Assembly (NCBI GenBank): GCA_016839705.1
Contig: JAEOTR010000017.1
Coordinates: 32,001-96,000 of the forward strand
Source: Promethearchaeota archaeon
GTDB taxonomy: Archaea > Asgardarchaeota > Lokiarchaeia > Sigyniarchaeales > SOKP01
DNA: 64,000 bases
Direction: 5' to 3'
Each line of letters begins with the position of its first letter. Positions within the stretch are counted from its first letter, which is position 1. Shown in pieces: positions 1 to 8,594 of this stretch. The notes under the pieces are model-generated. The model was not told where the DNA came from. It saw only the letters and a list, made by a program, of their open reading frames with translations, and searched no databases. A program made the position numbers and the translations under genes.

Positions 1-1
1 G

Positions 2-91
2 ACTTATTTTGTAAATAAAGAAAAAATTTCTAAATATGGATTTATTGGAGTAATATTAACGATATTAGGAGTGATTCTAATCCTAATTTAA
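2..91 (+). CDS. 3' end of a membrane protein, probably DMT/EamA family transporter (partial, runs off window start)
   Basis: Manual translation: TYFVNKEKISKYGFIGVILTILGVILILI*; the 'EK...G..L...GV.L' terminal helix is typical of EamA repeats. Confidence 0.55.
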   Translation, partial: TYFVNKEKISKYGFIGVILTILGVILILI

Positions 92-120
92 ATCAGAATT
101 CCCTTAAAGATTAATTTTCT

Positions 121-729
121 TTAATCAATCCGATCATAATCTAATCTATTTTTTTCTAATATCTTGATAACTAACTCTTTAAAAATTTCTTTTATATTAC
201 AATTCTCTTTCGAAGAAGTTCTGAAAAAATCAACTTCTTCATGACGACTCATGAATCTATCTATAACTAATTTATCCACTCTTGTTTTATCATCAACATT
301 TTCGACAAGATCGTTTTTCGCACCAATAAAAATTCTAGGTGTGTTTCCATGATTAAATTCGCCTAATCTCTCATACCACCAGTCTAACCGAAGTAAAGTT
401 TGAAGATCTACCAAATTAAATATCATAAAAATTCCATTGGCACCATTAATATAATACGGAAACAATTTTTTAAATTGCTCTCGTCCACCAAAATCCCAAA
501 TGCTAATTCTTACAAAAGTATCTTCTCCATTCACTATAATAGGGAGATCATAAGTATAAAACTCAATTCCTAACGTTTCTTTAGTGTCAACCTCAAAAGT
601 ATTGAAGCACAAACGCTTGGCAATACAAGTCTTCCCGACTCTTTCCTGCCCGATCAAAACTACCTTAAAAATATAGATAGGTTTGTTATCTGTATTAATT
701 TTAGTAGATGAATTAAATTGTTCAGTCAT
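121..729 (-). CDS. Rab-like small GTPase (Ras superfamily)
   Basis: FKVVLIGQERVGKT (G1), TLGIEF (G2), WDFGG (G3), GAKND (G4), TSSK (G5). Confidence 0.93.
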   Translation of the reverse strand: MTEQFNSSTKINTDNKPIYIFKVVLIGQERVGKTCIAKRLCFNTFEVDTKETLGIEFYTYDLPIIVNGEDTFVRISIWDFGGREQFKKLFPYYINGANGIFMIFNLVDLQTLLRLDWWYERLGEFNHGNTPRIFIGAKNDLVENVDDKTRVDKLVIDRFMSRHEEVDFFRTSSKENCNIKEIFKELVIKILEKNRLDYDRID

Positions 730-883
730 AAATAAAGAAAACTTCTTTTTATTGTATATAATAAATTATAGTTTAATAATAAAAAATACAAGTTGAGATT
801 TATAAATTTTGAACCTTATTTATATACTATGGAAAAGGTGACAAGATTATGAAAGGGGGAGATTTTTTTCCGATTAATTAAAT

Positions 884-1945
884 TCATTTTAGATATATTT
901 TTCCGTCATGATGAATTTCTGCATGAGTCGGTTGTACGTGTTGCCAAGCACCATCATTTACAATTTCTACTTCATGTGACATTATAGTTTCTGTTGAGAC
1001 TCCACTAATATGAGAATGTCCATATATAATATGGTTGATCAAAGTAAAATCGCATTTAGCTTCTTCAAAAAACTCTTTTATACCATTAATATAATAGTTA
1101 GATTCCTTAGCATTTTCCCATTTCTTCATTATTTTTATGTTCAATTTCACTATATTGAATTCAAGGCTACTTAGATCTGAAAAAAGAATATCGATATCAT
1201 CAGAGGATATATTTTTTAATTTTACTAAATCTGATTTCATCTCCTCCATTGTAATTGGTTTAATTTTTCTGTGCTCTTTAACAACCTCATTCCAAAAGTA
1301 ATCAAAGGTTTCCTTTACTTCAGCATTATGATATGAAATCATTGATTTCCATAGGGGGGCTACAAAAAATCGAAACACATCAGAATCAAATTGATAACCA
1401 TGTAACATCAAACATTTATAATCTTCTTTTAAATCAAGTTTATCAACTTTAATTTTATTAATGGGGTGATTATAAATTTGATCCTGTGATTCATATAACA
1501 ATAAGGCACTCTCATTTTCCCATTTACTTAAAATAATATACTGACAAATCATATTGGATGGAAATAACTCCTCAATAATGCTGTTTTTAAATTTCAATAA
1601 AAAAAATTTTTTTCGTTTCTTAAATTTCTCATCATAATTTCCCGAGAAGACACTACTGGTAACAGGAATTTCATGATTTCCTGGGATAAAAATAAGGTTC
1701 ATTTTCTTTTTTATTTCTAACAGTTGGTTAAAAATACTTATAATTTTAATATCTGTTAAAAACGTTTTTTTCACAGATGTACACAAATCAATAAAATCAC
1801 CTAAGATTAAAAGCGCTTGTAGATCATCTCCGAATTCTCCAGCAATAATTTTATTTAAAAAAAAACTAAATTGATCCAAATTACTTTTTAGAGCACTTAG
1901 ATGTATATCAGATACAATTAAAATTCGAGGTTCTAACTCACCCAT
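884..1945 (-). CDS. Calcineurin-like metallophosphoesterase
   Basis: SDIH, LGDFID, PGNHE, HG, GHSH motifs. Confidence 0.88.
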   Translation of the reverse strand: MGELEPRILIVSDIHLSALKSNLDQFSFFLNKIIAGEFGDDLQALLILGDFIDLCTSVKKTFLTDIKIISIFNQLLEIKKKMNLIFIPGNHEIPVTSSVFSGNYDEKFKKRKKFFLLKFKNSIIEELFPSNMICQYIILSKWENESALLLYESQDQIYNHPINKIKVDKLDLKEDYKCLMLHGYQFDSDVFRFFVAPLWKSMISYHNAEVKETFDYFWNEVVKEHRKIKPITMEEMKSDLVKLKNISSDDIDILFSDLSSLEFNIVKLNIKIMKKWENAKESNYYINGIKEFFEEAKCDFTLINHIIYGHSHISGVSTETIMSHEVEIVNDGAWQHVQPTHAEIHHDGKIYLK

Positions 1946-2077
1946 TTTTTACAGTTCCTCTTGAAATTCTTCTATCTAAATTAAATTGTTTTAAAATATT
2001 TTTAATTGTATAATTATTTTATCTTTCAATACAACTCCTATAAGCCTTAACCTATAGAAATTTTTTGATTGGTTATT

Positions 2078-2245
2078 TTAGAAGAGGATTCTGGCTTTTA
2101 TCTTTTTTGCTTTATCAAGATACTCTGTACAATTCTTACAATCAGGGATCTTACATAAAAACTGCAATTTCGGAAGTTCACAGATGTCGATAAACGGACA
2201 AGTCAACAACTCAAATCTTGGTATATCTACAATATTAGTGTCCAT
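2078..2245 (-). CDS. Small Cys-rich hypothetical protein (55 aa), not in ORF track
   Basis: Manual translation MDTNIVDIPRFELLTCPFIDICELPKLQFLCKIPDCKNCTEYLDKAKKIKARILF*; GC-richer than flanking intergenic DNA, 5 Cys. Confidence 0.6.
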   Translation of the reverse strand: MDTNIVDIPRFELLTCPFIDICELPKLQFLCKIPDCKNCTEYLDKAKKIKARILF

Positions 2246-2408
2246 TTGATTCACATTATTATGAAGCTATATAAATAAAAAACAAGACTATGTCCTTTTA
2301 AAATCTCTGAGAGCAAAAAATTTATAATAAATTTCAGAGAATCATGAGTAATTTATCTCTAAATTTAAATTAGTTAACGCTAGAATTACTTTATAATAAG
2401 TATTTTTT

Positions 2409-3188
2409 GTGAGACTAATGAATGATGATGAATTATATGATTTTTTGATTTCTGAATTTGAACATCCATTCTCAGGATGGGATTTCTCGTATATTAATAA
2501 TCGATTTGTGGAATTTCCTTTAACATGGAGTTATTTTAGCAAAGTTTTGCAATTTATAAGAAAATCGGAATCACTCCTTGATATGGGGACTGGTGGAGGA
2601 GAGTTATTAGCAACGCTGGCACCGTTACCTAAATACACGTGTGCAACAGAAGCTTATAAACCAAATGTGTCCATTGCGAAAAAGAATTTAGAACCTCTAG
2701 GTATTACCATTTTTTCTTTAACCGATGAAGAAAAACTACCATTTTTGAATGAAAAATTTGATTTAATTATTAATCGTCATGAAGATTATAACCCAAATGA
2801 GGTGTATAGAATTCTTAAACATGAAGGAAACTTTATTACTCAACAAGTTGGAGATAAAAACAATTCCAAATTAAGGTCCATTTTAACCGAAAGCCAAGTT
2901 TTAGAAAATGAAAGGGAATGGAATTTAGAATATACAAAAAATGAATTAGAAGCTACTGGTTTTGAGGTACTAGAAGGTTTAGAAGATATTACACTAACGC
3001 GAATATTTGATGTGGGAGCCTTAGTATATTATATGAAAGCCATCTCTTTTGATTTTCCAGATTTCACTGTTAAGAAATACTATAAAAAATTAGTGGAGAT
3101 CAATGAAATTATTAATGACAACGGATATTTAGATTTAGAGATGAACACCCATAGATTTATAATTAAAGCAAAAAAATCTAAGATTTAA
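2409..3188 (+). CDS. Class I SAM-dependent methyltransferase
   Basis: LLDMGTGGGE motif I, FDLIINRH, LKxxGxFITQQVG; start may be ATG 2418. Confidence 0.88.
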   Translation: MRLMNDDELYDFLISEFEHPFSGWDFSYINNRFVEFPLTWSYFSKVLQFIRKSESLLDMGTGGGELLATLAPLPKYTCATEAYKPNVSIAKKNLEPLGITIFSLTDEEKLPFLNEKFDLIINRHEDYNPNEVYRILKHEGNFITQQVGDKNNSKLRSILTESQVLENEREWNLEYTKNELEATGFEVLEGLEDITLTRIFDVGALVYYMKAISFDFPDFTVKKYYKKLVEINEIINDNGYLDLEMNTHRFIIKAKKSKI

Positions 3189-3578
3189 TCATACTTTAGG
3201 ATCTGCAAATACAACGCTCTGTTAAGCCTATGTGTGGATTTTTAAGTGGATATTAATCTCTAAATCTTATTTCATAAGAGATTTAATATATATTGGTTAT
3301 GATTTTCAGTGTCTTTATATTGTATTCATTAGTTCAAGATCAACTAGTGCCCCAATCTATTTCAGATATTGATCATTTTATATGATAGGAATTTACTAAT
3401 AAAAACAATAAAAATTTTCTACCCCAATTTTTTTTGTCGACTGGATCTAGTGGATCAAATTACTCTGTTATCATAGATCAAACAACACATTTATATATAA
3501 GAATTAACAATTTAGATATATATACATCAATTTTATAAAAATCTAAAATTTTTGTAGAACAGAATTATTTAAATAAGT

Positions 3579-3583
3579 GGAGG
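3579..3583 (+). promoter_or_regulatory. Shine-Dalgarno site of histone gene
   Basis: GGAGG 9 nt upstream of ATG 3593. Confidence 0.7.
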
Positions 3584-3592
3584 AATAAAAAA

Positions 3593-3799
3593 ATGGCAGC
3601 ATTTGCATGGAGTCCATTACGGGCTCTAATGAAAAAAGCCGGAGCTGAAATAGTAAGTCGAGCAGCAGTTGATAAATTAATGGACTATTTAGAGGAATAT
3701 GCTAAAAATCTAACTGGTTGTGCGCTTGATATTGCTAAACACTCTGGAAGAAAGAAAGTAACCGCAGCTGACATGAAAATTGCTATTGGATTAATTTAA
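3593..3799 (+). CDS. Archaeal histone (single histone fold, HMf-like)
   Basis: 68 aa; PLRALMKKAGAEIVS..A...L...LEEYA......A...AKHSGRKKVTAADM; strong RBS. Confidence 0.93.
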   Translation: MAAFAWSPLRALMKKAGAEIVSRAAVDKLMDYLEEYAKNLTGCALDIAKHSGRKKVTAADMKIAIGLI

Positions 3800-3815
3800 G
3801 CAATTTCATGTTGCT
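3766..3815 (+). other. Inverted repeat / RNA hairpin enclosing the histone stop codon, followed by T-rich terminator-like tract (~3834-3853)
   Basis: ACATGAAAATTGCT (3771-3784) pairs with AGCAATTTCATGT (3799-3811), 13 bp with one bulged A. Confidence 0.6.
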
Positions 3816-3904
3816 CAACTATAAAGAATAAAAATTTTTATTTCTTTTTTTTTATAATTATAAAAAGATATTCAGATCAGATTATTTTCGAGGAAGGATT
3901 TAAT

Positions 3905-4729
3905 TTGGGATATGAAGAATCTATTAATAAGCAATATGGGAAATCGAATCTTGGTGCTCAAATTCTGGATACATTACGAAGTAAAGGAATTGATACTGCT
4001 AAAGAAATCCAAGAAACTCTTGCTCCGATTGAAGAACTCCATCTCCGAGGAATGAGCGCGACTTTAGAACTTATTCAAGAGTCAGGGCTTACTAAAAACA
4101 TGAATGTACTTGATGTGGGGTGTGGTATTGGTGGATCTACAAGGATTTTAGTTTCTAAAGTCGGATGTAAGGTTATAGGCATCGATCTCTGCGAAGAATT
4201 TTGTAGAGCAGCAGGTTTAATTAATGAACACCTAGGATATGCTGACAATATAGAAATTCACCAAGGAGATGCTCTAGATATGCCTTTTGCTAATGGGACT
4301 TTTGATGTCATTTTCATCCAACATGTTTTAATGAATATTGAGAATAAAAATCAATTATTCTCTGAAGTTTACCGTCTTCTTCGGCCAAAAGGTCGATTAG
4401 CACTTAATACAATCTGTGCGGGTTCAATTAGTCCTGTATATTTCCCAGTTATATGGGCTAATAACCCTAGTATCAGCTTCCTTCTTCCACCAAAAAAACT
4501 TCGACAACTCATTAGAAATAGTGGTTTTAAAGAACTTTTATGGAGAGACGATAAAAAAAAAGTCCTCAAAGAAATCGAAGTTAGGAGATCTAAACCTCCC
4601 TCAAATAAACCTAGACCAATAAGTTTGGATTTAATAGTTGCAAATACCCGTGAAAAATGGAAAAATATTGTACTTAACTTAAAAGAAGAGCGAATTGTGG
4701 TGATTCAAGGGGTTTTTGAACGGATTTAA
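3905..4729 (+). CDS. Class I SAM-dependent methyltransferase (sarcosine/dimethylglycine or tocopherol MT-like)
   Basis: VLDVGCGIGG, GDALDMPF..GTFD, LRPKGRL; TTG start after GGAAGG. Confidence 0.88.
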   Translation: MGYEESINKQYGKSNLGAQILDTLRSKGIDTAKEIQETLAPIEELHLRGMSATLELIQESGLTKNMNVLDVGCGIGGSTRILVSKVGCKVIGIDLCEEFCRAAGLINEHLGYADNIEIHQGDALDMPFANGTFDVIFIQHVLMNIENKNQLFSEVYRLLRPKGRLALNTICAGSISPVYFPVIWANNPSISFLLPPKKLRQLIRNSGFKELLWRDDKKKVLKEIEVRRSKPPSNKPRPISLDLIVANTREKWKNIVLNLKEERIVVIQGVFERI

Positions 4730-4782
4730 TTTAAAATAATTTAGTAGGGAATGTAAAATTTATAGATAAACAAGTTAAATTG

Positions 4783-6441
4783 TTATTTTTTCTTCTTTTC
4801 CATTCGTTTCTTTAATGCAGTTGATGATATTCTTGCTCTTTTTTGACCTTTAGCGGCCCAAAAGCTTGATACGGGAGCTTGAGCTACTTCTCTTTCTTCC
4901 AATTCAATTTCTTCTAACTCATCTTCTAAATATGATAATCCCTCTGTAAAATCTTGTTCAGCAAATGTCCTGTTATTCGATTTTAATGATTTCATTTCAT
5001 TTAGAAGTTCAGCTCTCAAGGTTGTCAACTGTACTTTTGATTCTTGAGCTTTCCCAGAATAATATCCTCCCCCAGCAATTTGGATATTCTTCATGACATT
5101 AAATTTCTGATTATATTTAGATTTGAAATCATCCTCATCTTTAGTAACCCCAATCCTGTCGTTAATAACTCTCATCCTTTTATTTCCTTTCTTATCTAAG
5201 TACTCCACTTGTAGCTGTACAGGCACTTCTTCTTGTTCTTCTAATTCTTTAGCAGATTCTAATTCTAGAAATAATTCTCTATCTTCTGTAATTGCACCTA
5301 GAGTTATTTCTGATCCTTCTATCGCTCCTTTAGAGCTGTAAGCTCCAGATATGCTTTTAATTATAATTCGTGGTGGGACAATAACTCTTACTTTTACATC
5401 CCTCCCAATATACTCTTTTTGTCTAAGTTCGGAGAAAATTGCCTCCATCTCTTCACTTGAAATTAAATATAATGTCCCGCCTGTCGTATCAGTTAGTTTC
5501 CCCAATACTTGAAGTCCCATTTCATTATTATCACCTGAAGCAGACACCCCTACAACATCAACTATGATTTTATATTGATTACATGAATCAGCCATATCTT
5601 CATAAAACTTATTTGCTCCAGGACTTGTTCCTGATAAATTTCCAATCCCTTGATTGGCTAAACCGTCGGTTAAAAGAGTTATTCTTCCTGTTGAATTGAA
5701 AAATCCGAATGAAATAATGGCAAAATATAAAGCAGGCCCAAGTGCAGTCATATCCATTGATCTAAGGTCTTCGACTTTTTTGATCCAACCATCTGCGAAT
5801 TCACCAATAGAACCCAGAAATTTTTCTTTCTTTATTGCTTTTTTAAATTGAGACTTCATCCCTTCCAAAGTAAAGAGTATATCTCCACTAAAATTAATTG
5901 GATCTTTATCATGTCTTAAGTAATAGTACACAGTACTTTCAAAAGCTACCAAGATATATTTAGTTGTTGGTGAATTTATTTTAAAATCTTTTAGAGTTTG
6001 AATTAATGATTTTTTCACAGCTTCAATTTTAGCACCACTCATGCTTCCAGAGATATCAATAACTGAAATATACAAATCACCTTCAGTTTTAGATACCTTC
6101 ATTATTTCTGTTTCTTCTTTAGGTTTTTTCGCTTCTAAAGCTGATAGTAAATAATCAACATCATTTGGTAATTTTTTTGTTAATTTAGACTTATCTACGG
6201 AATTATCAGTTCCACAGAACTCGCATATATAGTAGGCACCTTTTTGAGGATCTTCTTTAATCATATCTACATCAGTAAAAACCGCGCCACAATTTTTACA
6301 TTTTATTGGCTCATCCTTTATTTCCCTCTTAGGGTTCCCTAATTCTTTAAAAGTTATTGAGTATAGATAAGGATATAACTCTTTTTTTGAAGGCTTTTTA
6401 GCGAGGAACTTGTTAAATGCTCTATCAAACATAGGTTTCAT
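4783..6441 (-). CDS. Sec23/Sec24-like Zn finger + vWA (trunk) + beta-sandwich protein
   Basis: PIKCKNC...YICEFCGTDN finger; VIDISGSM, TALGPAL, LLTDG, GKLTDTTGG vWA motifs; GRDVKVRV..P..I.IKSISG beta-barrel start. Confidence 0.78.
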   Translation of the reverse strand: MKPMFDRAFNKFLAKKPSKKELYPYLYSITFKELGNPKREIKDEPIKCKNCGAVFTDVDMIKEDPQKGAYYICEFCGTDNSVDKSKLTKKLPNDVDYLLSALEAKKPKEETEIMKVSKTEGDLYISVIDISGSMSGAKIEAVKKSLIQTLKDFKINSPTTKYILVAFESTVYYYLRHDKDPINFSGDILFTLEGMKSQFKKAIKKEKFLGSIGEFADGWIKKVEDLRSMDMTALGPALYFAIISFGFFNSTGRITLLTDGLANQGIGNLSGTSPGANKFYEDMADSCNQYKIIVDVVGVSASGDNNEMGLQVLGKLTDTTGGTLYLISSEEMEAIFSELRQKEYIGRDVKVRVIVPPRIIIKSISGAYSSKGAIEGSEITLGAITEDRELFLELESAKELEEQEEVPVQLQVEYLDKKGNKRMRVINDRIGVTKDEDDFKSKYNQKFNVMKNIQIAGGGYYSGKAQESKVQLTTLRAELLNEMKSLKSNNRTFAEQDFTEGLSYLEDELEEIELEEREVAQAPVSSFWAAKGQKRARISSTALKKRMEKKKK

Positions 6442-6545
6442 AAATTGAATTTTGAGAATGTAATAAAAACTGAATTATAAAAAATTATGGTTAATTTTTT
6501 AAAAAATTAAAAAAAAACCTTTATCCCGTGCCCCTTGCTGAGGTG

Positions 6546-6581
6546 TCTTCGGTCATCTCGCTTTTAATATGCCCGAATCAT
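6546..6581 (-). ncRNA. SECIS-like element (eukaryote-type AUGA...GA core)
   Basis: AUGA-UUCGGGCAUAUU-AAAAGC-GAGAUGACCGAA-GA: two 12-nt arms with 10 pairs, AA-rich loop 12 nt after core; GC-rich island directly 3' of a gene with in-frame UGA. Confidence 0.7.
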
Positions 6582-7108
6582 TCTTTATTGGGATTTTTAA
6601 TATTTTCATCTATAATTGATATCATCATTTCAATCGATGGTCGGTCTGTTTTATCTTTCCCAATATATTTCCATATAATTCTTCCTTCCTTGTTGATTAG
6701 AAATTTACTGGGGACAGCTTGTTTGATGTTTATTTTTTTTCCTGCACCTGGAGCAAACCAGTATACATCATACTCCTTTGCTATTTTTGCACCACGATCA
6801 GAGATTATATCAACAGTAAATTTATTTTCTTCTTTAAATTTCCTGAGAAGTCTAATACTGTCACTAGCTATCGATAAAAGTTTTATTCTTCGCTTTTTGA
6901 ATTTTGATAAATGCTCTGTTAGTAATGTCAAATGTTTTTTACAGTGAGTTCACCAATTCCCTCGGAAAAAATCTATTAATACGCCGTTAAATTCGTTGAG
7001 GAATTTACTTAAATTAATGGGATTATCATAGATATCCACTGTGTTTATTTGAGGTGCTTCTCTGTTTGTACTTATTCCTTTAGGTCTAGGTGGTTCATCA
7101 GCATTCAT
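6578..7108 (-). CDS. AhpC/TSA peroxiredoxin-like selenoprotein (Sec at TGA 6950-6952); joins track ORFs 6950..7213 and 6578..6931
   Basis: One continuous frame DFFRGNW-UGA-THCKKHL = UxxC at the FxRGxWCxxC site; downstream SD.....AKEYDV, AVPSKFLINKEGRIIWKYIG....DRP. Confidence 0.88.
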
Positions 7109-7199
7109 AATATTTAATTTAGTCCTATTAGATTTAAATAATATTATTATAATATGTAAAGAGTTGATGAAAATGAGAAATTTCTTTTCTTTACGTTTC

Positions 7200-7718
7200 T
7201 CAATACTTTTCAAAAAGATTTTCAGTCATAATATTGAATGCTCTTTCAACATTTTCCCCAGTTTTTGAAGATAACTCAATAAAATTAGAGAGGTTGTATT
7301 TTTTAGCAGCTAAAATGCCATCTTCTCTCGGGACTGCACGGAATTGATCTAAATCTTTTTTTGATCCAATTAGCATTATTGGGATGTCTCCAGCCTGTTC
7401 TCTTACAATTTGTGTCCAATCCGGCAAATGATCGATACTTCTCACATTTGTAATATCATAAAGAAAAAATGCTCCATTTGCTCCTTTACAATATTGAGAA
7501 AGGAGAAATCTAAATCTTTCTTCACCCCCAAAATCCCACATTTGCAATTTTACTTTTTTTCCATTGAAAAGAGTTGTTTTAGAATAAAAATCTACGCCAA
7601 TTGTTAATTTCAAATCCTGCATGAAGTATCCAGAAATATATCTTAAGGTGAGGGACGTTTTCCCGACAGATGCATCTCCCAACATCATCAATTTAAATGT
7701 ATAATCGTAATCTGTCAT
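7200..7718 (-). CDS. Rab-like small GTPase
   Basis: YDYTFKLMMLGDASVGKTSL, TIGVDF, KLQMWDFGGEERFR, GSKKD, LSSKTGENVE. Confidence 0.95.
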   Translation of the reverse strand: MTDYDYTFKLMMLGDASVGKTSLTLRYISGYFMQDLKLTIGVDFYSKTTLFNGKKVKLQMWDFGGEERFRFLLSQYCKGANGAFFLYDITNVRSIDHLPDWTQIVREQAGDIPIMLIGSKKDLDQFRAVPREDGILAAKKYNLSNFIELSSKTGENVERAFNIMTENLFEKY

Positions 7719-7870
7719 TCTTTTCTTTACACTGAATATATTTGAAATTTTTCTCGGGTTTAAGGGATAAGAATTTTTAATAATGTAATTTTAAACTTAA
7801 GATATTAATAAACCTAGTATTAATTAATTTTTGTTTAATTTAAAAGTTATATTTCGAGTACATTGAATAA

Positions 7871-8506
7871 TCATAATAATAAAACCAGAATATTAAAGCA
7901 AGAATGTGCCACAGAGCATGGAATTAATGAATAATTAAAATATAAAAAAGTAAGAGCTAATAATACTCCTAAGATAAAATAATAACCAAAAAAAGTTAGT
8001 ATCGTAGTAACAGGTACTATAATAGGAGGAACATGATAGAACGCAAAAAGAACCGAAGAGATTATGACACCATAAACTACCTTTGTTTTGACCTGTAACT
8101 TCTTAATGATAAATACTCGAAAGAATGCTTCTTCACAAGGACCAATAATAATTATTTGCAATATTATTAGAATTGATAATTGGATTACATCGGGTTGTAC
8201 TGGGGTAGTATTTATCGCCCCTTCTTGTCCCTGTTCAATGAATCCACTACCAAACAAATTTTCTACGATTACATTTCTAAAGAATATTATTAGAAAGCTT
8301 CCTAAAAAGAAAAGTAAGATGCCAATACTTATTCCTGCAATGATTTTAATGATTAATTCTTCATTTTTTTGGAATCCCATTTCAGAAAGTAATTTTTTGA
8401 ATTTCTTTTTTTCAATTTTACTTGAAATAAGTGCAGGAATAAAAACCAGAAGTGTTTCAAGGAATATTAGAGTTATTAAAAACCAAGGATTTTCTCCTAG
8501 CTGCAT
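7871..8506 (-). CDS. CPBP (type II CAAX/Abi) intramembrane metalloprotease
   Basis: EEAFFR, FAFYH, AHSCFN motifs; multiple TM segments. Confidence 0.9.
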   Translation of the reverse strand: MQLGENPWFLITLIFLETLLVFIPALISSKIEKKKFKKLLSEMGFQKNEELIIKIIAGISIGILLFFLGSFLIIFFRNVIVENLFGSGFIEQGQEGAINTTPVQPDVIQLSILIILQIIIIGPCEEAFFRVFIIKKLQVKTKVVYGVIISSVLFAFYHVPPIIVPVTTILTFFGYYFILGVLLALTFLYFNYSLIPCSVAHSCFNILVLLL

Positions 8507-8594
8507 TATTTAATTCCTTATGATTTAATTTGGCAAATCAAAAAATTAAATATCTCATTACTATTATTATTATCTCTTTCTCTCACTTCTTTTA

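Noticed and set aside
6950-7213. Track ORF as a separate 87-aa gene, or the locus as a nonsense pseudogene
   Set aside because: The stop sits at the catalytic Cys position, the frame continues and a SECIS-like hairpin follows; the first 35 codons are AT-rich spacer overlapping the Rab gene
7200-8506. CPBP protease as processor of the adjacent Rab-like GTPase
   Set aside because: The GTPase ends ENLFEKY with no CAAX/CC motif
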